In this document: piece by piece, positions 41,356 through 53,699 of the stretch | How the letters are laid out: every line of letters starts with the position of its first letter | Numbering within the stretch: the stretch's first letter is position 1 | DNA from: Epiperipatus broadwayi | Taxonomy: Eukaryota; Animalia; Onychophora | Length of the DNA: 64,000 nucleotides | Assembly (NCBI GenBank): GCA_028023455.1 | Contig: JAQFVV010000003.1 | Location: 10,912,001 to 10,976,000, forward strand | Direction of reading: 5' to 3' | Translations under genes and position numbers: made by a program | Notes under the pieces: generated by a model | The model's database searches: none | What the model was told of the DNA's origin: nothing | Seen by the model: the letters and a program-made list of their open reading frames with translations, nothing else

Positions 41356-42546
41356 GAAATATTTTTATTGATAAAGAATGCTGTAACTTTTCAAAAGGAT
41401 TTTCTTGCATGCGGAATTGGTGATTATGGTAATCTTTAAACAGTGATGATTTGTCCAAAGATCAAACAGATTAATGTTTTGAAAGAAAATGGAATGTCAG
41501 TGCATTTCTATAGAAATGATGACTTAAAGCATGATATGAAAGAGTTTATAAAAATAACTAATACCATATGGATTATTTACTTACTTTTATGTTTTAGATA
41601 GATATTTTTTGATATATTCTATACTTGTATTTGAAAAATTATAAAAAGAAATTGCAATGTCAAGAATAATAAGCTAGAAAAAAATATTTGTTTCTGAAGG
41701 ATGATGGCCCTCTCCATTGCCCAAAGTTAATAACATCTTACTATAGAATGTTATTTGCACATGAATGTTACAAAGAATGTTTAAGATTGATCAAAATGTC
41801 TAACAAAAAAACACTCCTGAATTTATTTATTTTTAAAATCTTTATATTTCAAAATGGAGAAAACAACGGTTAAACAATGTATTAAAAACACCTGCATAAT
41901 GGATTTCTTAGAAGTGCCCCATACTAAAAAAAAAAAAAAAAACCTTTGAAGTAAACATCAATGGAATTATTTCAATAAAAAATATAGAATGTTTAAAGAA
42001 ATTTTATTTATTCATTAATAAATATTTTTTTCTCTTATAATTATTTATTATTAAATATATATAATCTTACTAATATATTGTTACCATGTAGATGTATTTT
42101 AAAGGAAACAATCTCAGAGAAATAGGTATTTCATAATTTAAAGCTTATATTTATTTTTGATATCATTAACTATTTATTTGTATGAATATTTATTTTTAAA
42201 ATAAATTTTTTTTAAAGCTATTTAAGATTAATATTTAGGATTATTTCCTATACGATATTATGTTTTATTTATCTTTAAAACATTTTCCAAGCTTTGTGGC
42301 CATAAGTTTCCTAGGGTATTTAATGTTATATTGTCATATAGTACAGCAAAGTTCCCATGCATTGTTGTTAAAGGCACATATATTTTATAAAATTATTTAT
42401 TAAACAAATTTGAGGTATAAGAATACCATGTTTATAATATTTAATGGGTTAGATATAATAAGTAAAAGTATATAATAAAATAATATGTTTGTGATAAAGA
42501 AACACATATGAATAAAGACCAATGCTGTTATATTAAAAAAAAAGAT

Positions 42547-43129
42547 TAATATTTTATTAAGGCTGTGAACCTCAAGAGTAAGCACCTGAAAATGTGAAGA
42601 TAGGGACCTCTACAGGTCTTAAACACAAGCTTATGACTCTTTTCTTCCCAAGTCGTAAGCTTGTGTTTAAGACCTGTAGAGGTCCCTATCTTCATATTTT
42701 TCAGATGCTTATTCTTGAGGTTCACAGCCTTAATAAAATATTATGTAATGTATAAGTGCTTAATAAAATTATAATTACAACTTTAAATTATCATAATAGA
42801 TTTCTAACTATAAGATCTTTCCATTAACTCATTGTAAATTGAAAGACTTCGTGAGTACTAATGTGTAACAGGAATTGTGGGCTTAATCAATGAAGTACTG
42901 AATAGCTTCATGCTCTAAGATCTAAATGCTTTAGTTTTGCCTATTCATATAGAAAGTAGGTTGAAGTAAAGAGTTGTTCTTCTCTTTTCTTCCAAAGTTA
43001 TAAGCTTGTGTTTAAGACCTGTAGAGATCCCTATCTTCGCATTTTTCAGGCACTTACTCCTGAGGTTCACAGCCTTAATAAAATATTACTTACATAATGT
43101 ATATGCACTTAATAAATTTATAATTACAA
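42547..43129 (+). mobile_element. Family C element: 5' inverted arm plus 1.4 copies of a 345-bp unit
   Basis: 42547-42638 is the reverse complement of 42651-42742; the sense unit repeats at 42637 and 42982. Confidence 0.8.
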
Positions 43130-44245
43130 AAAATGATTAAATAAAACATATTAAGTTATTATGGATATAATTATTTTATTAACCTTTTTTATATATATTT
43201 ATTCTGTGATGTTATCAGACTGGAAATCAAGAAATTCAATTTGCATCTTAACCATCTAGTGAAAGATTTTGCTAACTTTTTTTTTCAAACTTTAAAATTC
43301 ATGTATTTTTTTTCTAATATTTTAATTTCAAAAAAATTCTGAAGATGTCTAGATAGTTGAAAAAGTGGGAATTTCAAAGAATGGTCAGTTCCACAATGAT
43401 GAGAACCCATTGTATTTTAGTGATCTTGAACTTTTCAATAAATTTGTATATTTCTTTGAGACAATATTATGATAAATAAAAACTTGATTTTTTTGGAAAA
43501 TTTATCATTATTTTGCATAGTAATTATATAATAATTATTAGGAATCAAAAATATATATTATTGCATATTTATTTTCTACAGAAGTGTTTCAATTTTAAAT
43601 ATAAAAAATTACATTTTTCTGAATAATGTACTATGGAAATTATGGTGGTAGTAAATACGATATGTGAAAATGTCATCACTAACACAGTCTGTTAGAAAAT
43701 ATAGCAATATCAAAAAAATTACTACAAAAATGTAAACTTTTAAAGCATAAGTTGATAGATTTACTAGATATTAATAATTATTTGTTGAGATTTTAAAAAC
43801 AAACATCAAACAAAGAAAATTTTGTTTATTTGGCAATTGAATCTGCTCCTATTAAAGTTGAATAATAAAACAGTGCTTTGTTTTGATTAAAATTTAATTT
43901 TTAAAATAATTCCGTAAAACAAATGTAATTTTTTAAAATTTATAATCTCTATCAAATGAAGTGAAATTTGTTATATAATAATGGTTTAATATTAAAATGA
44001 AAGTTGAAAGCTTATAGTAACTGCCAGAGTACAGGAAGGTAAAGCACACTTTCTGCTTTTTTTAAACATCTTCCCTTAATACATTTAGATCAAATGTAGG
44101 GAAATAGTTATACAAATTTAAAATATTAAAATATGTCTGAGTTTAAAATTCAAAACAGTATCTGAGAATGTTTTCTGTTATATATTCATCTATTTATTAT
44201 TATTATTTATTTATTTTATACTATTTATTATCTTAATGTAATAAC

Positions 44246-44954
44246 TTATAGATTTATGACTTTATGCTTGTCCAAATTATGATAATATTAAATAGTGCTA
44301 TCACAATTACAATGTAAAGCTGTATAATTAATATCAATTAGTCAATTAAAATGGCTGAGTGCTTTTGAGAAACTGTACTTCTCATAATCATAGCCAGTTC
44401 TGACTCATTTGTTGAAATCATTCTATCAGTATAATATGCAAACTCTATGCAAATGAGTCCATTAGACCATCTTTTTGATATAGCAAAACATGCTTCTTTG
44501 TGATTAATGGTGAAGGAGTCCTCTGCTATGAAGTAAGCCTCCTTTACCTTATGCTTAACATCATGCCTCTCAGTACAAACTAATTTTGCAGATGTGGGTT
44601 CAATTTTTGCACAACAAAAAGTATCAGGACATGAGTTTGAACCCACATCTGCACAATTGGTTTGTACTGAGAGGCATGATGTTAAGCATAAGATAAATAA
44701 GGCTTACTTCATAGCAAAGGACTCCTTTGCCATTAATCATAAAGAAGCATGTTTTGCTATATCCAAAAGGTGGTCTAATTTACTCATTTGCATAGAGTTT
44801 GCATATTATACTGATAGAATGATTTCAACGAACGAGTCAGAACTGGCTATGATTATGAGAAGTACAGTTTCTTGAAAGCACTCAGCCATTTTAATTGACT
44901 AATTGATATTAATTATACAGCTTTACATTATAAGTGTGATAGCACTATTTAATA
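44246..44954. mobile_element. Long fold-back insertion, ~320-bp arms with a 34-bp loop
   Basis: Arms 44281-44601 and 44636-44959 (mirror ORFs 44338- and 44594+ in the ORF track); imperfect TSD TTATCTYAATGTAA(A)TAA at ~44228 and ~44955; B-box-like GGGTTCAAACTC near the loop. Confidence 0.8.
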
Positions 44955-45260
44955 TTATCTCAATGTAAATAAAATATATTTTTCTATTATTTAAATAAAT
45001 TTGACTTTTGTAATTTATTCATACCATCACATGATTGGGTAAATATGGTCACATTAGTATTTTAATATATTTTCAATGTTTATATCATTTTTGAAAATTA
45101 TAGTTTAGTTACTATTATCATGAGTATCCAAGGATAATTAAAGAACTACAAAGATTAAACAGGCAAATCTCTCCATACAGTAGTGTCATCCTGTGCCAAC
45201 CAGAGTAATCAATGGATGCCAGAAGGTTTGTGCATAAAATCCCCATCTAGTGCCTACTCA

Positions 45261-45317
45261 TCCAATATCCCCAGACCAGTTTATGGCTTGTGGCCTTTGT
45301 CAGTGAGAAGCCTTGGA
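45261..45317 (-). ncRNA. Hammerhead ribozyme motif (family A, degenerate)
   Basis: Reverse complement reads TCCAA..TTCTCA CTGACAA A GGC cacaa GCC A TAAA CTGG TC TGGGGA..TTGGA. Confidence 0.6.
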
Positions 45318-45925
45318 TCTGACAGCACTGCATCTAGATCTTAGGATCTAATGCAACCCTCCAGCAGCCACCTTTTATTTCTACTTAACTACAAAACTAT
45401 GAGAATGAAATTGATAACAATAATATTTTCAATCTAATCTCAATAGCTTATATAATCATATGGGTCTGAACTCAGTTCAGCACCCATACATTTTGGTGAC
45501 TTTGGCTCTTTAACAACCATAGCCACCATTATCCTATTAGGCAGGTTTGGTGTTAAACCACTAAACATCACATGATCACCATCTCTTATGCTAGCACATA
45601 ATTGTTATTAAACAGGCAAAACTCTCCATACAGTAGTGCCACCCTGTGCTAGCATAAAAGATGGTGCTCATGTCATGTTTAGTGGTGTAACACCAATCCT
45701 GCCTAATAGGATAGTGGTAGCTATGGTTATTAAAGAGCCAAAGATGCCAAAATGTATGGGTGCTGAACTGAGTTCAGACCCATATGATTATATAAGCTAT
45801 TGAGCTTAGATTGAAAATATTATTGTTATCAATTTCATTCTCATAGTTTTGTAGTTAAGTAGAAATAAAAGGTGGCTGCTGGAGGGTTGCATTAGATCCT
45901 AAGATCTAGGTGCAGTGCTGTCAGA

Positions 45926-45982
45926 TCCAAGGCTCCTCACTGACAAAGGCCACAAGCCAGAAACTAGTCTGGGGATATTGGA
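45926..45982 (+). ncRNA. Hammerhead ribozyme motif (family A)
   Basis: TCCAA..TCCTCA CTGACAA (G8 to A) A GGC cacaa GCC A GAAA CTAG TC / TGGGGA..TTGGA; predicted cleavage after 45969. Confidence 0.7.
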
Positions 45983-48490
45983 TGAGTAGGCACTAGATGG
46001 GGATTTTATGCACAAGCCTTCTGGCATCCATTGATTACTCTGGTTGGCACAGGGTGGTACTACTGTATGGAGAGTTTCACCCCTTTAATAACAGTTATGT
46101 GCTAGCATAAGAGATGCTGATCATGTGATGTTTAGTGGTTTAACTACAAAGATTATAGTTATTTAGTTATATATTTCATTATTTGCAATATAGTTAGGTA
46201 AACATATGCATACATATATATAACTTTCATTATTAAATCCATATCTTAAGATTTCATAAATATTTAGTTATTGAATAGTATAGATGGGTACAATAAAATG
46301 TTTTTTTGTTATCCAGCTATATATTAAAGATTTTGTGTTTATTTTATTTGCATAATCTAAAAATGATTTAGCAGTATTTTAAAAATCCCAGAGAATCTTG
46401 TTATTTTTTACTGTTATTATTTGGCCATGCTGCATATGTTGTCATGAAAGTTAAACCTATATATATTTTACAAATTATTTTTGTGTGATTTTATGTTAAA
46501 AAAAATATATAACACAGTACTTTTTACTATCTATTTATGGTATATGAAAGTACATCACAATAAAATTAAAATCTTTAAATATTTTCCTGCTTGTCTGAAA
46601 ACAAAAACTCACTACCAAATTTTTATGGCAGTTCACAAATTGTTTTTCTCTTATAAGTTTGCACTTAACTAAATAATTATATTTAATGAGTTATTATGAA
46701 TTTTTAGAAAATAATCGGGAATTTATCATGACTTACACAGTTAATCAATTGTCATGTGAAAGTTAATAATAAAGAGATATTTATTTTTAAAAAAATCTTC
46801 CTGTATTATATATATATTACTATTATATTAACTAAATACAAATATCTTTTTGAAAAAATGTTTTATAAACAATTATAAACATTATATATTGCATGTTCAC
46901 TAATACATATATATATAAATGCACAAACTCGATAATTTTGCCCTCAACTCTTATTTTCCATAACTTTTTTATTTTATTTCTGAGAGCAAACTTTTGAATT
47001 TTATTAATCTTAAAAAAAAAATCTTTCATTTTCAAAGATCAATTGACGATTTAAAAAAAAGTTAAAAATACCTTTTTTCAAAAACCTCCTCAATATCCTT
47101 GCCGTATTCTCCATACTCAAGCAATATACTTTGTTGATAAATTACTGAGAAGCGTGTATCTTTGCCCACAAATTGAACATTTATTAAAACTCCAACCTCT
47201 TCTTCACTGCAAAATCAAACAGATTATCTAAAAATTTAAATTCTGTCACCTAAAGCCCAAATAATTTGATTTCATTATCAATAATTTTTAAACAATATCA
47301 ACCTGTGTTTTTTTTAGCTAAAAAATGTTTTTTCTGCCATTATTGATTCAATTTATCTACTCTGCTACAAAGAGAAGAAACTATCCAACATTTTCTCTTT
47401 CTTTTTAAGTGTCCATCACTTCAAATATACTGAAATCTTATTATGTCTACCATTAAGATCTGCCTCACTCATCATACTCATTAATAGCAAAGAGAGAGGA
47501 CTCTTTCCCAGCATTAAATGAACTATTTTATTCTATTCACTCTGTGGTTTCCTAGATATCATTTTTGCTTCAGCCCAAGCTATTAAAAACTGCAATCTCA
47601 TTTCTACAATAAAATAAATTAATATTAGAGATCAAACCCTTTCACTTTCAGATATATATGTAGCCACATGGAGCTTAATAACTTTACCTACACCATTGTA
47701 ACTACTAGTCATTAAAATTGGGATATGATCTTTGCTTTAATACCTAATACTTTTCATTAACTGTATAATTTCATTTGAAAATTCATGTATAATAAATCAA
47801 CCACCCAATTGAATACTAATCCATAAAATCAGTTTAAATCTAATAGCGCATTTCATTTCCTAATTATTTATCAACCATTTGTATAGAATTCTTTTTAAAT
47901 CTAATTTTAATAACAAATATGTATGTATATAGTTGTACACTATTAATCCCTTAAAACCAATTAAAGTATAATGTGTGTATATATATAATAGTTAGTATAC
48001 ACCTAAACTAAGATAAATCATATAACCACATATTACATCAATAAAGATTGTGTTAAAAAAATATATATCTAAAAGAAGTAAACCTCAATTTATTTATTTA
48101 TAAAATTAATTTTTTTTGTAATAAATTAAAGATTAGCTAACATTCCTTATTTAAAAAATCTTATTTAATCACTATAGTTAATGTAATTGATTTTTATATA
48201 TATGTATTTGTTATGGAATTAAAATTATATATACAGTAATATATATACACACACAAGCATTTTACAAATAGAAGTTTGAAATTTTGAATTATAGTATTTA
48301 AGTTGTAATTAAAGCTAATGATTAAATTGTATTTTATATTTGCAATATTTCAGTAAATAATTGCTAAATTGTTCTTATCTATATTTTTTAATAAGATTCC
48401 GTTCTATAAATGTTGCATATCTTCATTTATTGAAAAATAATAGAGAAAGAATTCACTGTATTTTATTAATAAACATGAAAGAAGAACTGT

Positions 48491-48593
48491 CAAGTGTTGA
48501 TGGCCGAATGGTTAGCACAGCTGCCTTTCAAGCAGTTGTCCCAGGGTTCGCTTCCCGGCTGACACTTTGATGCATTAAAAAAAAAATTAAAAA
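48491..48593 (+). pseudogene. tRNA-Gly(TCC)-derived retrocopy/SINE
   Basis: GTGTTGATGGCCGAATGGTTAGCACAGCTGCCTTTCAAGCAGTTGTCCCAGGGTTCGCTTCCCGGCTGACAC followed by TTTGATGCATT(A)n; 9-bp TSD AAGAACTGT at 48482-48490 and 48594-48602. Confidence 0.75.
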
Positions 48594-48774
48594 AAGAACT
48601 GTAAGATGTATACTTATGTTGATTTATTAAATATATCCACATTTTTGTGAAGAATATTTCTGTGGTTTAATGTTCACTACACTACTCTCACACAAAGTAG
48701 GGATTGGTTTCTATCCATTTTTAACACTTTGTGGAAGAATATAATCATAATGTTATGACCAAAGACATGTAAAA

Positions 48775-48870
48775 AAGATGTATATTTCATGCTGAACCAG
48801 CACTCATTAGTTGTCCCAGATCACAATCTGTATACATATCTTTATCATTGTTCAGTATATATAGATAGCT
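48775..48870. mobile_element. Diverged family D fragment
   Basis: TATTTCATGCTGAACCAGCACTCATTAGTTGTCCCAGAT aligns to ~36712-36750. Confidence 0.5.
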
Positions 48871-50344
48871 AATTACTACAGTTTAACTGATGTGTCAAAC
48901 TTACTGCCTTCACAACACTTAATTGAAATATATAAATAATTTTTATTAATCTAATTAATGACTAATAAAAATTATTAATATGCATATTTTTGTTTATTTT
49001 ATTGTGAAAACTTTTGTACTAATTCTTGGGTATATTTTTAAAAGATTAAAATGAAAAACATCAAGTTAAAAACTGCATTCAAAAAGTGTGAGAACATAAA
49101 TATTATATTTCAATAATTGTTTGTTACATTAGCAATATATGTGATGAATGAAACTTTTATTACTAAATTGATTATAATTTTTAAAAAATCTACATTTTTT
49201 TAAAAGTAGAAGACAAATTAGAACTGAAAAGTTATTATGATTAATAAGTGTTATTTCAAATAGTTGATTAACAAAAATGCATTTAACTTCTAAAAATAAA
49301 GCATAAGAATATTTCTTTATATATATGATTATCAATTAAATGTGAAGATTGAGATTTACAGTTGGTGAGAAAAAATTAACCTTTGAAACTATTAGCCCAA
49401 CAAGCCTGTTTCTCATTTTAACATTTTACTGATTAATTATAATAAAAAAATTTAAACTTTTTTTAAATACTTTATTATATAATGCAATTTTTAATACTTC
49501 TATTTTTTTTTTTGTTATAAAAATTTATTGAAGTGAATAATTTATTTTCTTTTTGATTATAATTTTACAATATGTTGACAGATTTTATAATATTATTTTA
49601 AAAACATTTACTTTCATTAAAATATAACGTATTTTAAACTTTCTTTTAATCAATTTAAAAAAATTTTTTAATTATAATTTGTTTATTTCAAAATAATTAT
49701 TTTCTAAAGATAATTAGAAAATATTCAAGATTTGTTTTAAAAAAGGAAAAGTCTCTTTATTAATGTAAAACTTAATTGCATTATTTACCAATTGTTGAAT
49801 GCATCTAATTAACCTTGTCATTCTTAGTTAATGCCATAGTAAATTTTTTATATAGAGATTGAAGATAACATTTTCACAATAACTTAATAATTCATATATA
49901 TATATATCAAATGTTTTATAAAACTATCATATCATAAAAAGACAATAAAGCTAATAAAATATAATAATTATCAAAAAATAATTTAAATATTTTTAAGTTA
50001 TTACTTTTAAGTTTATTTATAAATTGTATATTTTGCTATAATAGTTTTAAAATTAGAAAATTTTTGTAGTTTAAAATTAACCTACACCTGTTTATAAAAA
50101 AAAGATATAGAAGTACCAATCAGTCATTATTAATAACATTTTTTAATGAAAATGTAAGACTTTCAAACAATCAGTAGATAGGCAAAGAACTTCATGTAGA
50201 GGGTCTTTGATTTTTTATGTAATTTGATTTCAAATATTTATTTTAATAATAAAATTAATAAAAAAGAAACCCCAAATAATATAGTACTTTAATTATATAT
50301 GTGTGAATATAATATTTAAAATACAAGTATATTGTCTATGCTGA

Positions 50345-50460
50345 ACTTAATGTAATTAGAAGTGATTTGAACTCAGACTTTCAAACTCCCTATAGCTATC
50401 CACTCCATCCCATACAACCAATACACATGATGACATACATATTAAAAACAAATATAAATA
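50345..50460. mobile_element. Diverged family D fragment
   Basis: GATTTGAACTCAGACTTTCA.. aligns to the 41255 and 36610 regions. Confidence 0.45.
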
Positions 50461-51968
50461 CATTGCTAATATTATTATTTGGCCTATTTCTTTTACAGAG
50501 TAATACTTAGAAATGTAATTAATAAAAGTGATTATAATTAAAAGTAGTTTTGCATAATAATAATTGTATAATTGTTAAAAATACATATAGATAAAAGCTG
50601 AAATTGTATATAGCTAAATTTATTAGTTATTGTAGAAGTCTTTTACATTAATAGGATTTTGTTTTCTTTTTTAAAAAAAATTGAATATCATTCATTAAAA
50701 TCATTATTTAAAAAAACGATATAAAACACAGATTCATAACGTGCAAAATGTTTTAGATATTTTTTTAACACACGACTAAGCAGAAAATTGATCAACCATG
50801 CTGTTAAAATTCTACACTGAAAAAGAAAATTTAATTGTTTTTTTTTTAATCATAAAACACTTACTGCATTTTCTAAAAAAAACTGTGATCCAGTAATAAA
50901 AAGTTATCTTACAAAAATCTGTACAAGTCTGGAAATATAAAAATTTAGAATGTATTAGTTATTAATATACTAATTAGCAATAGGAGCATTAACAATAATA
51001 AAGATCACATTAAACAGGGAAAAAGACATGAATTAATTGGTGTTACCCACAATCATACCATGACAATTGGCTAAGAAACCCTTCTTGGATTATCTATGAC
51101 TTATTCCTCATAAGTTATCAAAAAATATCACCTACTGAATCTTTTGCACTGAGATATATATTTCAAGCATGAAGAAAGTTGCTTAAGATTTAACAACTCA
51201 AACTTTAATGGATTTATATTTTTCTTACTGCTTGACTTTAATTTGTGTAAGCTACATATATAGAAAATTAATGCTAATCCAAATTATAAGAGAACTATCT
51301 ACATTTAAAAGATGAAAGACATCATGTATTTAAGAAATCAAAGTTTCATTACTTAAAACAACAACTCATAATACAATAGAAAAGAAAATTTCTATACAAA
51401 AAAAAATGCTTACATGAAACTAAATATTAAATATACATATAGATCTTTTTCTATGCCACAATCCTTGGTATAATTTCAGAGCTTTATGCATTCATTTATA
51501 AATTACATCCAGTAATAATTTAAACAATACTTTAAAACATATGTTGAGACATTTCCAATGGCATATGGAATATAAATAATTTAGTAATTTAGATTTAAAA
51601 TAATAATTTAAATATTTTGGTAATAAAAATTTATTTGAATTAGAAATTGAAAATAGTATCCTCTGTGGAAATGGACCTGATTAATACTTTTATGTATGCA
51701 ACTTTCTTTATGCAAGCAAATATAAATATATCTGTAAATTATGTTGTTGCTATTGTTATTATTATTGTTGTTATTATTACTAGTATTATTTTCATTATTA
51801 TTGCTTTTGTTATTATTATTACTCTTTAATGTATTTATACATAATATTGGTCAAAATCTTAAAGAAAGTATGATACTTAAGCTGCTGATTTTAAATTATT
51901 TAAAAAAATTGATATCTATGAAGATCATACTGAATACCAAAGTGATATTGAACATTTTAATTATTGGT

Positions 51969-52593
51969 ATTAAAATTAAATTGAGAGACTGCAACCTCTC
52001 AAGTGCTTATAACAATCAACTGCCAATCAGATCGTAAATACTGGGACAGAGAATTTAACAAGAAAAGGGTGGTTCCACCCTCTTCTTTACTTGTCTTTCT
52101 ATATATCCAAGCCAGTCTAAAGTACTTAGATCTGAAAGCGTGAATCTTAAATATCTTCATACTCAACTCACTGAGTTCAAATTATAAACATACAGCGTGA
52201 AATCTTTTGATTTACTATGCAGTAGTTTTTCGATGTTATAACTTACAGCAATATATGTAAATAATATTTATTTTATAAAGTGCAGACGGTATTGAAATTA
52301 AACTGAGAGACTGCAACCTCTCAAGCGCTTATAACTATCAACAGCCAATCAGATCATAAACACTGGGAGAGAGAATTTAACAAGAAAAGGGTGGTTCCAC
52401 CCTCTTCTTTACTTGTCTTTCTATATATCTAAGCCAATCTAAAGTACTTAGATCTGAAAGCGTGAATCTTAAATATCTTCACACTCAACTCACTGAGTTC
52501 AAATTACACACATACAGTGTGAAATCTTTCGATTTACTATGCAGTCTCTCAGTTTAATTTCAATACCATCTGCACTTTATAAAATAAATATTA
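51969..52593 (-). mobile_element. Family C element: 1.8 copies of a 322-bp unit plus an inverted arm
   Basis: Unit starts at 51966 and 52288; 52541-52596 is the reverse complement of ~52258-52314; TSD TTTAATTATKGGT at 51956-51968 and 52594-52606. Confidence 0.85.
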
Positions 52594-52719
52594 TTTAATT
52601 ATGGGTGTAAATTTAACATCATAAAGATAAGTGTAAGCAAAACAAGTATTGTTATTTACTAATAAAACTAGCAGATCTGTATATCAATATAGGATTGAAG
52701 AAAAATTATATTGCTTATA

Positions 52720-53090
52720 AAAAGTTGTTTGTGGATTTAGGGATCCTGTTTTGTAAGCAACTTACATTTAGTGCACATATAAAGCATATTGTAAATAAAA
52801 TTTATAAATGAATGGGATGTATTTTGGGATAAGGAAGAGCTCTTTACCCTTACATTAAATATGTGCTATTCTGTTCTCTTATTGTTCCTTTGTTAGAATA
52901 TGGTTCTATTATATGGAATCTGGATTTAGTTTATATTAAATCTAGAGTTGATAACATAGAGAAAAGATTTATTAGATTAATAAAGGGAGAAAATTTAATT
53001 GTTGATTATATTAGTGGTTATATATCTACCTACTCACTTATCAAGAGAAACACATACTTTTAATATTGAAAAAATAGTAATTCATTTTTA
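52720..53090 (+). mobile_element. CR1/Jockey-like LINE RT C-terminal remnant
   Basis: VDLGILFCKQLTFSAHIKHIVNK..LFCSLIVPLLEYGSIIWN..IEKRFIR. Confidence 0.7.
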
Positions 53091-53234
53091 AACAAATCGT
53101 TCCTTAATTAAATGGAAAAACAATATATAATCATATTTTTTAATGCAGAGAGCATACTAATAGCTAAAACAAGCTCTTAATTGATAAGTGTGGCATGAGA
53201 AAATATTTAAAATCTCTATCCAGAACACTCCCAT

Positions 53235-53278
53235 CTCCAGACCAACTGTTTTTGAGCTTATGGATCATGTCAGTGGAG
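53235..53278 (-). ncRNA. Hammerhead ribozyme motif (family B, degenerate)
   Basis: Reverse complement reads CTCCA CTGACAT GATC cataa GCTC AAAA ACAGTTGG TC TGGAG. Confidence 0.55.
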
Positions 53279-53655
53279 AGCTAGAATATTTGGACACTAG
53301 ATCTAAAATATCAACTCAAAACCCAGCATTTATTTTATACGTAATATTTAAGTAGAAACTCTGAAATTTTCGGACATGAAAATGTCTTTAAATCCAACTA
53401 TCTAACTTAAATAGCTATATGGGACTGAAATAAATTCAGATCTACCATATTTTAATAGCCTTAGAATAGCCAAAGCCTTAAAGGTAAAATTACAATAATC
53501 AAAAAAGCAAGTCATATATAATGTGACATTACTTTTATAAGCTTGTATTTACAAAAATGCAATACAGAGAGCATATCAATAGCTCAAACAAGCTCTTAAT
53601 TAAATAAGTGAGGTATGAGAAATTATTTAAAAATCTCTATCCAGAACACTCCTAT

Positions 53656-53699
53656 CTTCAGACCAACTGGTTTTGAGCTTATGGCTCATGTCAGTGGAG
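53656..53699 (-). ncRNA. Hammerhead ribozyme motif (family B, degenerate)
   Basis: Reverse complement reads CTCCA CTGACAT GAGC cataa GCTC AAAA CCAGTTGG TC TGAAG; helix II is GAGC/GCTC and helix III is near-palindromic. Confidence 0.65.

Larger units (their letters stand above)
45158..46141. mobile_element. Family A head-to-head palindromic insertion, each arm about 1.1 turns of a 453-bp unit
   Basis: AACAGGCAAA at 45158 and 45611; TGTGCTAGC at 45645 and 46098; perfect 14-bp TSD AACTACAAAGATTA at 45144-45157 and 46142-46155. Confidence 0.9.

Noticed and set aside
41400-41880. Possible transposase or host exon remnant
   Set aside because: Multiple stops and no motif I can assign.
44338-44875. 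Two near-identical ORFs on opposite strands
   Set aside because: A by-product of the fold-back; no domain similarity recognised.
51647-52037. Hydrophobic poly-Leu/Ile ORFs
   Set aside because: Translations of a decayed (ATT/GTT)n microsatellite running into a family C element.
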